From the NCBI GenBank assembly GCA_938091905.1, contig CALKOM010000108.1, forward strand, positions 1-64,000: a stretch of DNA of 64,000 nt, given 5' to 3'. Positions 9,582-19,463 of the stretch are shown piece after piece (position 1 is the stretch's first letter; every line of letters begins with the position of its first letter). Under the pieces are notes generated by a model. That model saw nothing but the letters and a program-made list of their open reading frames with translations, was not told the DNA's origin and did no database searches. Source of the DNA: an uncultured Verrucomicrobiales bacterium (GTDB taxonomy: Bacteria; Verrucomicrobiota; Verrucomicrobiia; Verrucomicrobiales; DEV007). Position numbers and translations under genes: made by a program.

Positions 9582-10055
9582 TCACTTGTCGCCGTGCAAC
9601 TTGTGGGTGCGGATCTTCTCCGTCATTTCCACCGCGCCTTTGGCTCGGGTCTCCGGGCGTTTCGCAGAATCAATGTAGTGATTGATCGAGCGCTTCTTCC
9701 CTGGCGTAAACGTGTCCTAACGGGCTTGGGCTTCGGGAACTTGAAAGAGGGCTTCTGTCAGCTCTTCCGCGATATGGAGAGCGTTTGGATCTGGATCCAC
9801 AGCAATGCTGGCCGAGACGGGAGACCCATAGCGGAGACCTAACGGTTGTAGGATTTGCCGGCCGACCATGATGAACGGGCTGCCCGACTTCACGCCCTTG
9901 AGGGCGCGCCGATGATCTTGAGTTCCCAATTCGAGGGGGACCCGCTTGGCGTTGCCAACCTTGGCAGCAATCTCGGGTGGCACCGGGATCACATGGATGG
10001 AGATGCCTTGATCAACGCGATCAATCTGACTCTCGAAGCGATGGGCTTTGCCCAT
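9582..10055 (-). pseudogene. DUF1905 + YdeI/OmpD-associated family protein with in-frame TAG
   Basis: ORF stops at TAG 9717-9719, but the frame continues DTFTPGKKRSINHYIDSAKRPETRAKGAVEM...GDK* to 9582, which resembles the YdeI/OmpD-associated C-terminus. Confidence 0.8.
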
Positions 10056-10058
10056 CTG

Positions 10059-10463
10059 TTAACAAGGTTGGTGGCCCCAATCCGTTTCTTTCAGCGACTC
10101 TTCGTAGAGGGCCATCTGTTCTTCGGCTGACAACGTGGGTTGTGCTGGCTCACCTCCTTCAGGTCCATAGAAGATGACCCAGGCGGCAAAGTCTTCGGTG
10201 AAATCGACGAAGCGGTGTTCCTGCTTTGCGGGAACGAAGAGAATGTCACCCGGACCAAAGGCCTGCGTGTCAGGACCGTTGACAAACTGGCCTGACCCAC
10301 TGGCGATCATGTAGACCCTATCGCGCGTGCGCGTGGACTGCTTGTCGACCTTGGCTGGCTCGTAGTATTCGATTTGAAGTGATCCGTGCTTGAAGAGTTC
10401 GACAAAGGCTTCAGGCGCGGAGTCAAGTTTCTCGTGGGCATCTTTCAGGGTGAAATGGGCCAT
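10059..10463 (-). CDS. Cupin-domain protein
   Basis: VYMIASGSGQF...GPGDILFVPAKQEHRFVDFTEDFAAWVIFYGPEGGE cupin motifs. Confidence 0.85.
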   Translation of the reverse strand: MAHFTLKDAHEKLDSAPEAFVELFKHGSLQIEYYEPAKVDKQSTRTRDRVYMIASGSGQFVNGPDTQAFGPGDILFVPAKQEHRFVDFTEDFAAWVIFYGPEGGEPAQPTLSAEEQMALYEESLKETDWGHQPC

Positions 10464-10508
10464 GGTTGATGAGAGAATAGCGTGGTCGGAATGCGTGAGG
10501 CAAGTTCT

Positions 10509-10943
10509 CTACGGACGTGTCATCGTCATGGTGCCACGGTCTCCTTTCGAGGAGGTGAAGTCGGCATGGAACCGGGCGGGCGTGGCTTCACCATCATGAT
10601 GGTAAATACCCCCGAGCGATCCCAGGTCCGTATCGCCAGCAAACCGCCAACGCTCCGGCGAGAACTCGGTGACAGCGTAGACGGTAGCAAAGGCCCCGCT
10701 AAGAAGGCCCCACTTTGCCCAGTAGTGAAAGTTGTAGTGACCTGTTTGCGTTTCCGATGGTGTCACCAAGCAGCGAAGTTTGCCACGGTGGTCGGTAGGT
10801 TCGCTGTGCCATTGACCTTCCCAGGCCCCGGAAAGGTCGTTGGGCGTAGGCTGTGCCACGGCCACTCGCCAGTCCCGCTTAAAACTATTGCAGCTTGTAG
10901 CTAACATTAAGGCGAGCGAGAGAAAGAGAGCTTGAATACGCAT
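10509..10943 (-). CDS. Hypothetical lipoprotein
   Basis: MRIQALFLSLALMLATSC lipobox; beta-rich body (SGAWEGQWHS). Confidence 0.7.
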   Translation of the reverse strand: MRIQALFLSLALMLATSCNSFKRDWRVAVAQPTPNDLSGAWEGQWHSEPTDHRGKLRCLVTPSETQTGHYNFHYWAKWGLLSGAFATVYAVTEFSPERWRFAGDTDLGSLGGIYHHDGEATPARFHADFTSSKGDRGTMTMTRP

Positions 10944-11036
10944 GACGCCAAGTTGCCTAACGGACATGAACAACGCAATGCCTGTCTTCCATGAAAGTCG
11001 GTTGGCAATACATGCATCAGAGCGTAGAGAACTGAG

Positions 11037-13670
11037 GTGACTTCTAGCGAACAGCGTGTCCTCGAACTGGCTCAAGACATTGGTCCAGCTGAGGCCTTTG
11101 CGCATCTGATCGTGGAGAATGATCGTCGGTTCCAATCTCCAATTCTCGACAATGGGCGCGAGATTGCTGCCGAGCGGGCGGCGATTTACACAGCGTTGGT
11201 AGCGGCATGGGCTGAACGTGAGCGGGAGGCCTTTGGCTACAAGAAACCCTTTGCGGTGGTGGCCTTGGGCGGGACGGGCCGCGGCGAGATGACCCCTTGT
11301 TCTGACAACGACTTTGCCTTTCTCTTTGAGGATGCGTTAGAAGACAACGAGTTTCTGAAGCACCTTCAGGAGCAGATTCTGCATAGGGGAGAGTTCACGG
11401 CTGAATATGGATTCGTTTGTGAAGCCATGCCGTTCAGTCTCGCCGATGTGCCTGGGTTGGACGGGAAACAGCTCAATTCGTTTATCGATATGCGTGCTGT
11501 CTACGATCCAGATGGCTTTGCCCAGACCTTTCGTGACCGGATCATTTCTCTGTATGATCCCTTTGATCATTTCCTTCATCTTTTAGAATTCTGGAAGTCG
11601 ACTTGGGAGCCTGCTATTCATAAGACGGAGCAGCTGGATCGATTTGATATTAAGAATGAAGGATTGCGGGTGTTCCTAGCTGGCGTGTGGACCTTGGCGG
11701 GGGAGTCGTTCCAGACGAGTTGGGAGATCTACGAGTCTGAAGCGTGTTCGGAAAAGGATCGCAATGCTTATGAGTTCCTACTCCGGCTACGTGGCTTCAT
11801 CCATCTACGGCATCCAAATGCACAACAGAATGCTGGGCCAGGGAATCATGTGGAAGATGTGATGTCGTTTGAGGATTTTACGTCATTCGGGGAAATGTTA
11901 GGCGAGGAAGCCAGTGAACTCGAGAAAGTGGACTTTGCCAATGGCGTCCGAGCAGGGCTTCTTTCTGCCCGACGTTGTGTCGGACGGTTTGCTAGAGGGA
12001 TTATTCAAGCGGCATTGAAGGCTGGCCGACCAGTGAGGAAAGATAGTGCGATCATGCTCGGTCTTGGTGGGCTTTCGTTCCGCGCACCACAGGATTGGAG
12101 TCCCTCCAATAAAGAGCAAAGTGGTGCGGCATTATCACTCGTGTTGGCAGCGCAGCGCTATGAACTGGAAATTGATCCCGCGGAGCTTAACTCGACCTTC
12201 TACAATATTGGCGAGTGGCTTCAGCCCACACCGGAACTAGCAGAAATTTACTACGATGAACGCGGCAGCCTAGCGAAGTCGTTTGCGTTTCTGGCCACGA
12301 CGGATGGTGCTGAGGAGCGTCTCTTTCCGGGGTATGCGAGGTTTGAATCCTCGCTTGATCGTCGAGTGTTAGATGAGCAGCGATCACTGCGCGGTGCCCT
12401 CGAGCGGCAGAAAGTGGCCATGCTGGAACGTTATGTTCGGGAAGGACAGAGACGCCTTGACCAGGCGATTTCGGAAGATCGCGTCAGGGATGTTGCCAAG
12501 AATCTCAGCGTCGAAGTGGAGGCGGCGTTGTTAGGCTCCGATCATTTAGCCGCGGTGAAGCTGGCTTTGAAAACGAAGAGACTGCCCGTAATCGAAGGCG
12601 ATCTCGAAGCTCGTGAGGACACCTCCCGGCCTATTCATGAGCGGCTCTCGTCTGGCATGTCGGGAATTCCGATTGAAGACTATTACGAACCCTACCGAAC
12701 GCAGTGCCGCTTTTCGGATGAGACCATTGAGCTGACCAAATTCCTGATTAAGAATCGGCGGGCATTTAGGGAGTTTGTCAGGGTGGGTTACAATTCTAAG
12801 GAGCAAGTTCAGAGGTTTGTCGAATTGTGTCAATCCGAGGAATGGTTGCGGGCCTTCTACATCTTCACCTGGGCCGATCAGGCCGAGTGGAGGCCCGCTG
12901 AACTATCTGACGTGCATCTACCAGAGGGCTTCAATGGGCGCGAGCTGTACGTCAAAGCGATGGCCACTTATCACCCCACGGCAGCCGTGAAAGACCATCT
13001 TGTGCGTGCCGGTTTTACACCGGACCATCTCGATGTGCTGGAAGACTTTGGAGGCGTCTTTACGGGATCCTACCGTGAGCTTTCTAATCGCTTCTGTTAT
13101 CATTTGATCGAGCTGAGTGAGAATCCTGGCAAGGGGCCCTTGGTGCGTACGATTTGGGATGGGCCTTCAACTATTCTCGGAGTGGCTGCAAAGGATACGC
13201 GTGGCTTGGCCGCGGCCATTACCGGGACTTTGGCTGCAAAAGGAATTCCTCTGTTCCAGGCGCATCTCTTCTCCGCGCGGCGCTACGGTCTCATCCTTGA
13301 CTTCTTCCATTTGGATCTAAGCGATCGATCTGTCGGTGCCGCCTTGGCCAAAGAGATCGAGACGGCGATGCGTGAAGATCGCCTCATCCAAGAAGTTGAG
13401 GAGAGTTCGCTTCCGAAATTGCAAGGCACAGCGACGCTTGCCCGATGGGACAATCGAGGGCGTTTCCACCTTCAGATAGAATCGGTGGCAACGTCTACCG
13501 GATTGATTCACAGTTTGACCTATCAAATATACAAGTATCTAGAAGCCAACATCTTTGGGCTGACCGCTTATACGGCGCAAGGTACTGCTTACATCTCGGT
13601 CTATCATGATCTGCCTGAGCACCTGTCGTTAGAGGAGGCCCAACGAATCTTGGCTTCAAAGCTTGCCTAA
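11037..13670 (+). CDS. glnD: GlnD-like [protein-PII] uridylyltransferase with degenerate HD domain
   Basis: NTase motif AVVALGGTGRGEMTPCSDNDF, DIKNEGLR, AYEFLLRLRGFIH, and C-terminal ACT-like AKDTRGLAAAITGTL; 877 aa. Confidence 0.8.
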   Translation: MTSSEQRVLELAQDIGPAEAFAHLIVENDRRFQSPILDNGREIAAERAAIYTALVAAWAEREREAFGYKKPFAVVALGGTGRGEMTPCSDNDFAFLFEDALEDNEFLKHLQEQILHRGEFTAEYGFVCEAMPFSLADVPGLDGKQLNSFIDMRAVYDPDGFAQTFRDRIISLYDPFDHFLHLLEFWKSTWEPAIHKTEQLDRFDIKNEGLRVFLAGVWTLAGESFQTSWEIYESEACSEKDRNAYEFLLRLRGFIHLRHPNAQQNAGPGNHVEDVMSFEDFTSFGEMLGEEASELEKVDFANGVRAGLLSARRCVGRFARGIIQAALKAGRPVRKDSAIMLGLGGLSFRAPQDWSPSNKEQSGAALSLVLAAQRYELEIDPAELNSTFYNIGEWLQPTPELAEIYYDERGSLAKSFAFLATTDGAEERLFPGYARFESSLDRRVLDEQRSLRGALERQKVAMLERYVREGQRRLDQAISEDRVRDVAKNLSVEVEAALLGSDHLAAVKLALKTKRLPVIEGDLEAREDTSRPIHERLSSGMSGIPIEDYYEPYRTQCRFSDETIELTKFLIKNRRAFREFVRVGYNSKEQVQRFVELCQSEEWLRAFYIFTWADQAEWRPAELSDVHLPEGFNGRELYVKAMATYHPTAAVKDHLVRAGFTPDHLDVLEDFGGVFTGSYRELSNRFCYHLIELSENPGKGPLVRTIWDGPSTILGVAAKDTRGLAAAITGTLAAKGIPLFQAHLFSARRYGLILDFFHLDLSDRSVGAALAKEIETAMREDRLIQEVEESSLPKLQGTATLARWDNRGRFHLQIESVATSTGLIHSLTYQIYKYLEANIFGLTAYTAQGTAYISVYHDLPEHLSLEEAQRILASKLA

Positions 13671-16600
13671 CGCTAACATCGATCGGACGCGGTGTTTGCC
13701 AATGAACAGTCGCTTGACGTCTTCGAGCATGATGTAGATGCACGGTACGAGAATGAGTGTGATGAGGGTGGCAAAGAGAATGCCAAAGCTGAGCGAAATG
13801 GCCATGGGAATAAGGAATTTGGCCTGAAGATCGGTTTCCAGGAGCATCGGCGTCAGCCCGGCGAAGGTGGTAAGAGAGGTGAGGAGAATGGGCCGGAAAC
13901 GGGCAGCGCCTGCTTCCCAGGCGGCTTCGATCACGCCTTTATCAGCGCGGATCTGTCGATTCACGTAATCAACTAATACAAGACTATCATTCACCACCAC
14001 TCCAGCAAGAGCGACGATTCCGCACATGGACATGATACTTAAATCGGTGCCCATGAGAACGTGACCTGCCACCGCACCAACCAAGCCGAACGGAATGACG
14101 GACATGACTATGAGCGGCTGAATGTAGGAGCCGAGCGGAATGGCCATGAGGACGTACATGATGATGAGGGCGATCACGAATTTGTTTGTGATCTCTGTGA
14201 GAGACTCGCGTTGGTCTTGTTGCTCACCGAGAAAGGAGAAGGTCACGCTGGGATAGTCGCGGGCGAGCTTCGGGAAATGCACCCTCTCTAATTCTTCCGC
14301 AACGAGTTTGGCACTGGCTTTGGGATCACGGTCATCGATGTCCGCGCTGATCTTGATCGCCCGCTTGCCCTCTGCCCGCTCGACCGATGAGTAGCCGCGC
14401 CCATAGGAGGCGACCGCAACTTCACCAAAGCTGACTTCACTTCCGTCCGGCAAACGAATCTTCATCTGGTCCAGATTCTCCAGTGAACGGCGCTCATCTT
14501 CGGGGTAACGGACCATGACCTTAACTTCATGGCGTCCACGTTGAAGGCGCTGCACTTCTTCGCCGTAGAAGCCCTGACGGACCTGACGTGCGACATCTGC
14601 TAACCGTAGGCCTAACGCTTCTGCCTGTGGTGTCAGAGACTCAAGTTTAAGCTGTCGCTTGCCGTCGCGATTGTTGTCGGTGATGTCGGTAACCCAGCCG
14701 TATTTGGCCAACTGATCCTGAATCTTTTGAGACACTTCTTCTAGTTTCTTCACATCGCGTCCGGCGATCTCAAGATCGATGGCGTTCCCACCGGACCCTG
14801 AGTCCGTACGGAAGCTCAGTTCGGTGGCTCCGGCAATGCCGCCGACGAGGTCGCGCCACTCGGCGGTGATCTCGACTGCGGTGATGGAGCGGAGCTTGGC
14901 GGCGCTGAGCTCTACCGTCACCTCGCCGAGATGATCGCCTGCTGGAGCACCACCAACGCCATCAAACCCGACCTGGAAAGGCTGACTACCGACGCTGGCT
15001 AACATGTGCCGTATGATAGATTTGCCCTCGCTATCGGTGTATCGCTCACCGAGGACCTGAGCAGCCTTTTCAATCTGTTTTACGGCTCGCGCCGTGTCTT
15101 CAGCAGGCACGCCCGTTGCCATGGTGAGCTTTGCGGAAATCAGCTCGGCCTCCACATCGGGAAAGAATCGGAACGTGATCCAACCGTGCTTAACGAAAGC
15201 ACCACAGACACCGAGTAGAGCCACGAAGGTAACCAAGACCAAGTAGCGATTGTGCAGGGCCACTTTAAGAACCGGCCGGTAGACCTTCTCGACAAACGTT
15301 TCCAATCCGTGACTGAAGAACCTCTGGAATCTGGTAAAGCCTGACGGAGAGTTATTGGAGCGCATCTTCGGTAGAAGCGCCAAGTGAGCAGGTAGGATTA
15401 GCTTCGATTGAAAGAGCGAGAAGAGCAGCGTGGGAATGACAATTAAAGGAATGTTAGGCCATATCTTGCCACTGACTCCGCTAAGCCCAAGCATGGGGGT
15501 GAAGGCGACTGCTGTGGTCAGAATACCAAAGATGACTATGACGCCAACTTCATGGGTTCCCTTGGGAGCGGCAACCTTTGGATCCTCACCGCTACGCATC
15601 CGACGGAACACGTTCTCGCCGACAACGATCGCGTCATCCACCACGATACCCAGGACGAGAATGAATCCGAATAGGGAGATCATGTTGATGGAGACGCCTA
15701 ACCAAGGCATCAGCATGATTGCGCCTGCGAATGAGACGGGAATACCGATGGAAACCAGAGCAGCGAGGCTCGGCTTCAAGAACAATGCTAGCACAATGAA
15801 GACGAGCAAGAGACCGACGGCTCCATTCCTGGCTAATAGATCCATACGGCCACGTAGATAGACCGAGGTGTCGTTCCAGATCTCTAGCGTTACGCCAGCG
15901 GGCAGAAAGCTTTTCGCTTGCTCGATGACTTCCTTCGAAGCATCGGCCACGGCCCGGGTGTCTTCGTCGCCGACGCGAAAGACATTGACCAAGATGGCCG
16001 ATCTTTCATCGAGTCGGGTTTCGACGTAGACGTCCTCAAACGCATCTACAATGCTCGCAATTTCATCGAGCTGAACTTTGCTTCCGTCTTCCCTCGTGAT
16101 CACGGTGATGCTGGCAAACTCCGCAGCCGTGTAGCGCTTCTGTGCTGTTCTAAAGAGGATTTCGCCACCCGATGTCTTTACAGAGCCGCTCGGGAGATCC
16201 AAGGAGGACGCGCGCACAGCGTTGGCCACTTGCTCGAAGGTGAGGCCATACTCTCGAAGCGTTTGTTCGGAGACCTCAATCGAGATCTCGTAATTACGTG
16301 TGCCTGCTAGGGATACTTGCGTAATTGAATCTGAGGCAATGAGTTCGTCCCGGACACGCTCAGCCAACACCCGAAGAGTCCGCTCATCCGTGTCTGCCGT
16401 CACGGCAACGCTGAGTACTTGTGTCTTCAGTAGCAGCTCTTGAATAGTCGGTTCTTCTGCGTTCTCGGCCAGGTTGGTAATCGCGTCGACCCGCGTTTTC
16501 ACATCATCCATGACATTGCGAAGCGAGAAACCATTCTCGACTTCGATATTCACCGAGCCCACGGATTCGGACGCCCGTGAGGTCACCCGCTTGATGCCAT

Positions 16601-16826
16601 CCACATCCTGAATGGCTTCTTCAATTGGCAAACAGATTCCGGTAGCCACTTCTTCCGGCGCAGCATTGGGATAGGGAACCTGAATAGAAATGATATCGAC
16701 ACCGGTTTCGGGAAAGATCTCCTTCTTCAGCTTGAACCATTGAGTCACGCCCATGACCAAGACAACGAGCATGAGGAAATTGCCCGCGACGTGGTTTCGA
16801 GAGAACCAATGGATAAGACTTTCCAT
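13656..16826 (-). CDS. RND efflux transporter permease (AcrB/AcrD/AcrF family)
   Basis: 1056 aa; GIVVDDAIVVGEN and RFRPILLTSLTT motifs; two TM clusters. Confidence 0.96.
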   Translation of the reverse strand: MESLIHWFSRNHVAGNFLMLVVLVMGVTQWFKLKKEIFPETGVDIISIQVPYPNAAPEEVATGICLPIEEAIQDVDGIKRVTSRASESVGSVNIEVENGFSLRNVMDDVKTRVDAITNLAENAEEPTIQELLLKTQVLSVAVTADTDERTLRVLAERVRDELIASDSITQVSLAGTRNYEISIEVSEQTLREYGLTFEQVANAVRASSLDLPSGSVKTSGGEILFRTAQKRYTAAEFASITVITREDGSKVQLDEIASIVDAFEDVYVETRLDERSAILVNVFRVGDEDTRAVADASKEVIEQAKSFLPAGVTLEIWNDTSVYLRGRMDLLARNGAVGLLLVFIVLALFLKPSLAALVSIGIPVSFAGAIMLMPWLGVSINMISLFGFILVLGIVVDDAIVVGENVFRRMRSGEDPKVAAPKGTHEVGVIVIFGILTTAVAFTPMLGLSGVSGKIWPNIPLIVIPTLLFSLFQSKLILPAHLALLPKMRSNNSPSGFTRFQRFFSHGLETFVEKVYRPVLKVALHNRYLVLVTFVALLGVCGAFVKHGWITFRFFPDVEAELISAKLTMATGVPAEDTARAVKQIEKAAQVLGERYTDSEGKSIIRHMLASVGSQPFQVGFDGVGGAPAGDHLGEVTVELSAAKLRSITAVEITAEWRDLVGGIAGATELSFRTDSGSGGNAIDLEIAGRDVKKLEEVSQKIQDQLAKYGWVTDITDNNRDGKRQLKLESLTPQAEALGLRLADVARQVRQGFYGEEVQRLQRGRHEVKVMVRYPEDERRSLENLDQMKIRLPDGSEVSFGEVAVASYGRGYSSVERAEGKRAIKISADIDDRDPKASAKLVAEELERVHFPKLARDYPSVTFSFLGEQQDQRESLTEITNKFVIALIIMYVLMAIPLGSYIQPLIVMSVIPFGLVGAVAGHVLMGTDLSIMSMCGIVALAGVVVNDSLVLVDYVNRQIRADKGVIEAAWEAGAARFRPILLTSLTTFAGLTPMLLETDLQAKFLIPMAISLSFGILFATLITLILVPCIYIMLEDVKRLFIGKHRVRSMLALGKL

Positions 16827-16836
16827 GATAGCTCAG

Positions 16837-17994
16837 TTAGGCTTTCGTTTCTTCACCGAGGACGCGAACAGTCATGCCTTGAATGAAATTGGGTACGTAG
16901 GAGATACAGATGCGTTCGCCCTCTTTAATCCCCTCGTTAATGAGAACTCTCCCTGCCTCTTTCCTAGCCACCGTGACTTGCCGCCGAAGCAACGTGTAGG
17001 TTTTGAATTTGTGGTCTGAAGTTGGATCAGGAATCTCTGCGCCTAGAATAAGAACTTCGTCTTCTCCTAACAATGCTTTACGATCAACAGGAAAAACGTT
17101 TTTTAGGGGCTCGGCGGCTATCTGTGCACTGACAAAGAGTCCGGGAACTAGCAATGGGTCATTAGCGCTCGTTTCTTCGGGTAGGGCTGCAATGAGATGG
17201 AGGGAACGACTTCGCCGATCGATCTCAGCATCCTGGCGAACGACGGTTGCGGACCACGCCTTGCCTGTGGCCGTACTCAAGGTGACCGCTCTTTCAGTCG
17301 TTTGCAGGTTAAGGAAAGGGAGTTCACTCAATGACACCGGTAGTTTCACTTCCAGGGCATCAGACCTATAAAAATCGGCAAGGGGTGCTCCCATGGTCAC
17401 GAATGAAGCCTCATCCGTATGCGTCCGGAGGATGCGGCCTCGATAGGGAGCTCGCAGGACAGTGCGTTCCAGATCGCGTTCGGCTTTGGCGAGACCGGCT
17501 TCAGCGGCCTCCAGGCGTGCGCGGGCGCTTGCGAGCTGAGGCTCGCGTTTGACTAAAGCGTTCGCTTCCTCAGTGCGACCGAGTTTTTTCCAGTCACGCA
17601 AGGATTGGGTCGCTTTGGCTTCTTCCGTTTTGACGGCGAGGGCTGCATCTGCGACGAGCGATTTGGCTTGAGCTCGAGCGGACTCGTAGTCGGCAGGATC
17701 GATTCGAAGCAGGATCTGGCCTGATTCAAATTGGCCTCCCACCTCGAAGGGAGGTAAAACTTCGAGGACTTTTCCTGAAACTTCGCTTGCGGCGGTGGTG
17801 AGTGTCTTTGCTTCGAGGAGTCCTTGGGACGTCAAGCGGACCTGAATATCCTGACGCTTTGCTGTCACGACCTCAACTGGCGTGACGAGCGGCACGACTT
17901 CCTGCTCTTTCGGTTTGGGCTTGAAGACGTCCAACGCAACCATAGTGCCACCCGCAATCAGGATGATCAAAACGGCGATAATGAAAGCTCTCAT
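16837..17994 (-). CDS. RND periplasmic adaptor (membrane fusion protein)
   Basis: N-terminal TM, lipoyl-like EVSGKV...GQILLRID, helical hairpin, LRAPYRG. Confidence 0.93.
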   Translation of the reverse strand: MRAFIIAVLIILIAGGTMVALDVFKPKPKEQEVVPLVTPVEVVTAKRQDIQVRLTSQGLLEAKTLTTAASEVSGKVLEVLPPFEVGGQFESGQILLRIDPADYESARAQAKSLVADAALAVKTEEAKATQSLRDWKKLGRTEEANALVKREPQLASARARLEAAEAGLAKAERDLERTVLRAPYRGRILRTHTDEASFVTMGAPLADFYRSDALEVKLPVSLSELPFLNLQTTERAVTLSTATGKAWSATVVRQDAEIDRRSRSLHLIAALPEETSANDPLLVPGLFVSAQIAAEPLKNVFPVDRKALLGEDEVLILGAEIPDPTSDHKFKTYTLLRRQVTVARKEAGRVLINEGIKEGERICISYVPNFIQGMTVRVLGEETKA

Positions 17995-17999
17995 GCGAC

Positions 18000-19463
18000 T
18001 TACGGTTTGGGATGGTTTGGTTTGAAATCGCCACCCAGCGCAAGATGGAGGTTCACGCGATTGTCCAAGCGAAGACGGCGGATGCTGATGAGTTGGCCTG
18101 AGAATTGCAGAGCTCGAGATTGAGCGGCTAGGACGGTGAGAATGTCTCCCACGCCATCGCGATAGTCGGCAAGCGACGCGATGTAGGCTTCCCTGGATAG
18201 GGCGGTGGCGTCTTCCAGAGCAGTCTGACGTTCAGCCAGGTATTGATCGGCTTCCAAGGCCAGTTCCACCTCTAAGAAGCCTTGCAAGACCGTGGATTGA
18301 AGAGCAGCTAACGCTTGGCTTTCCTGCTCCTCACGAACTCGTTTCTCGGCTAATAATTGGCCTCCTGTAAGTATGGATTGAACGATGTTTCCAGCCAGAT
18401 TCCAAACTCCAAAGTCACTGTCTAGCAGATCCTTCAAAGAGTCTGTCGAGGTGCCGCCGCTTGCGGTCATCTTGAGTTGGGGAAACATGGCCAAACGCGC
18501 TTCTGTGATACGCTGACCTTGCGAGGCAAAGCGACGCTCAGCGGCTTGAATGTCAGGGCGCCGGAGGAGAAGCTCGGAGGGGAGCCCAGTAGGAGGCCGC
18601 CCCGGCAGATGAGGGAGTTCGGGATTTCCAGCGAGAAGATTCTTCGGGTAACGACCTAACAAGACTTCCAGTTGCCGCTTAGCCTGCTGCAACAGATCTT
18701 TCCGTTGGGCGACTTGCTCTCGAGCCGAAGCGACATCGGATTTGGCCAATCTTAGCTGGGCTCCTGTGCCGCCACCCTCGAGTTCGCCGATCTCGAATCG
18801 ATCTGCGATCACGTCCTCCGTAGATTGGAAGGCCTTCACAGCCTCCTCTGCTAGAGCTAGTTGTTGCGAGGCTTCTGTCAGTGCGAACCATGCCTTGGCG
18901 ACCTGTGCCACGAGAGAGGACCGCGCTGCTCGGTAGTCTGCGTCGGTTGCTTGAAGTTCTGCTAGAGCTACGGATTCCCCGGCTCGGATACGTCCCCAGA
19001 GGTCGGCCTCCCAACTCAGGTCAAGGGAAGCACCGAACGTATCAGATATCGTGCTAATGACCGAGGGCTCACCGCCACGGCTGCCTTCGTCAAAGCCGCC
19101 AAAGTCAGGAAATCCGATGAAGTTAGTCTTGCGTCGATTCCCTGACAGAACGGCATTAAGTTGAGGCCGCCGGGCAGCGCCGGCAATCTTGGCGTTTGAC
19201 GCCGCAACGCGCACACGTGAAGCCGCGGCTTTTAAATCGGGGTTATTCTCAACCGCTTCATTGGCCAAACGCTTCAGGGTCGGATCACGAAAGCGTTTCA
19301 GCCAGGCCTGATCGACACCAGCGCGTGCGGCCTTCGTTGACGACCAAAGGTTAGGAGTTTCTAGACCAACTTCAGACGTGCGCAGGCCGGGTGGTAACGC
19401 TTGGCAACCGCAAAGGAAACAGCCAACGAGCAAGTAATAACTCCTATGCATCCTGTGTTTCAA
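18000..19463 (-). CDS. Outer membrane efflux lipoprotein (TolC/OprM/NodT family)
   Basis: Lipobox LCGC; NNPDLKAA, SWEADLWGR, PSELLLRRPDIQAAE, LHLALGGDF. Confidence 0.94.
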   Translation of the reverse strand: MKHRMHRSYYLLVGCFLCGCQALPPGLRTSEVGLETPNLWSSTKAARAGVDQAWLKRFRDPTLKRLANEAVENNPDLKAAASRVRVAASNAKIAGAARRPQLNAVLSGNRRKTNFIGFPDFGGFDEGSRGGEPSVISTISDTFGASLDLSWEADLWGRIRAGESVALAELQATDADYRAARSSLVAQVAKAWFALTEASQQLALAEEAVKAFQSTEDVIADRFEIGELEGGGTGAQLRLAKSDVASAREQVAQRKDLLQQAKRQLEVLLGRYPKNLLAGNPELPHLPGRPPTGLPSELLLRRPDIQAAERRFASQGQRITEARLAMFPQLKMTASGGTSTDSLKDLLDSDFGVWNLAGNIVQSILTGGQLLAEKRVREEQESQALAALQSTVLQGFLEVELALEADQYLAERQTALEDATALSREAYIASLADYRDGVGDILTVLAAQSRALQFSGQLISIRRLRLDNRVNLHLALGGDFKPNHPKP

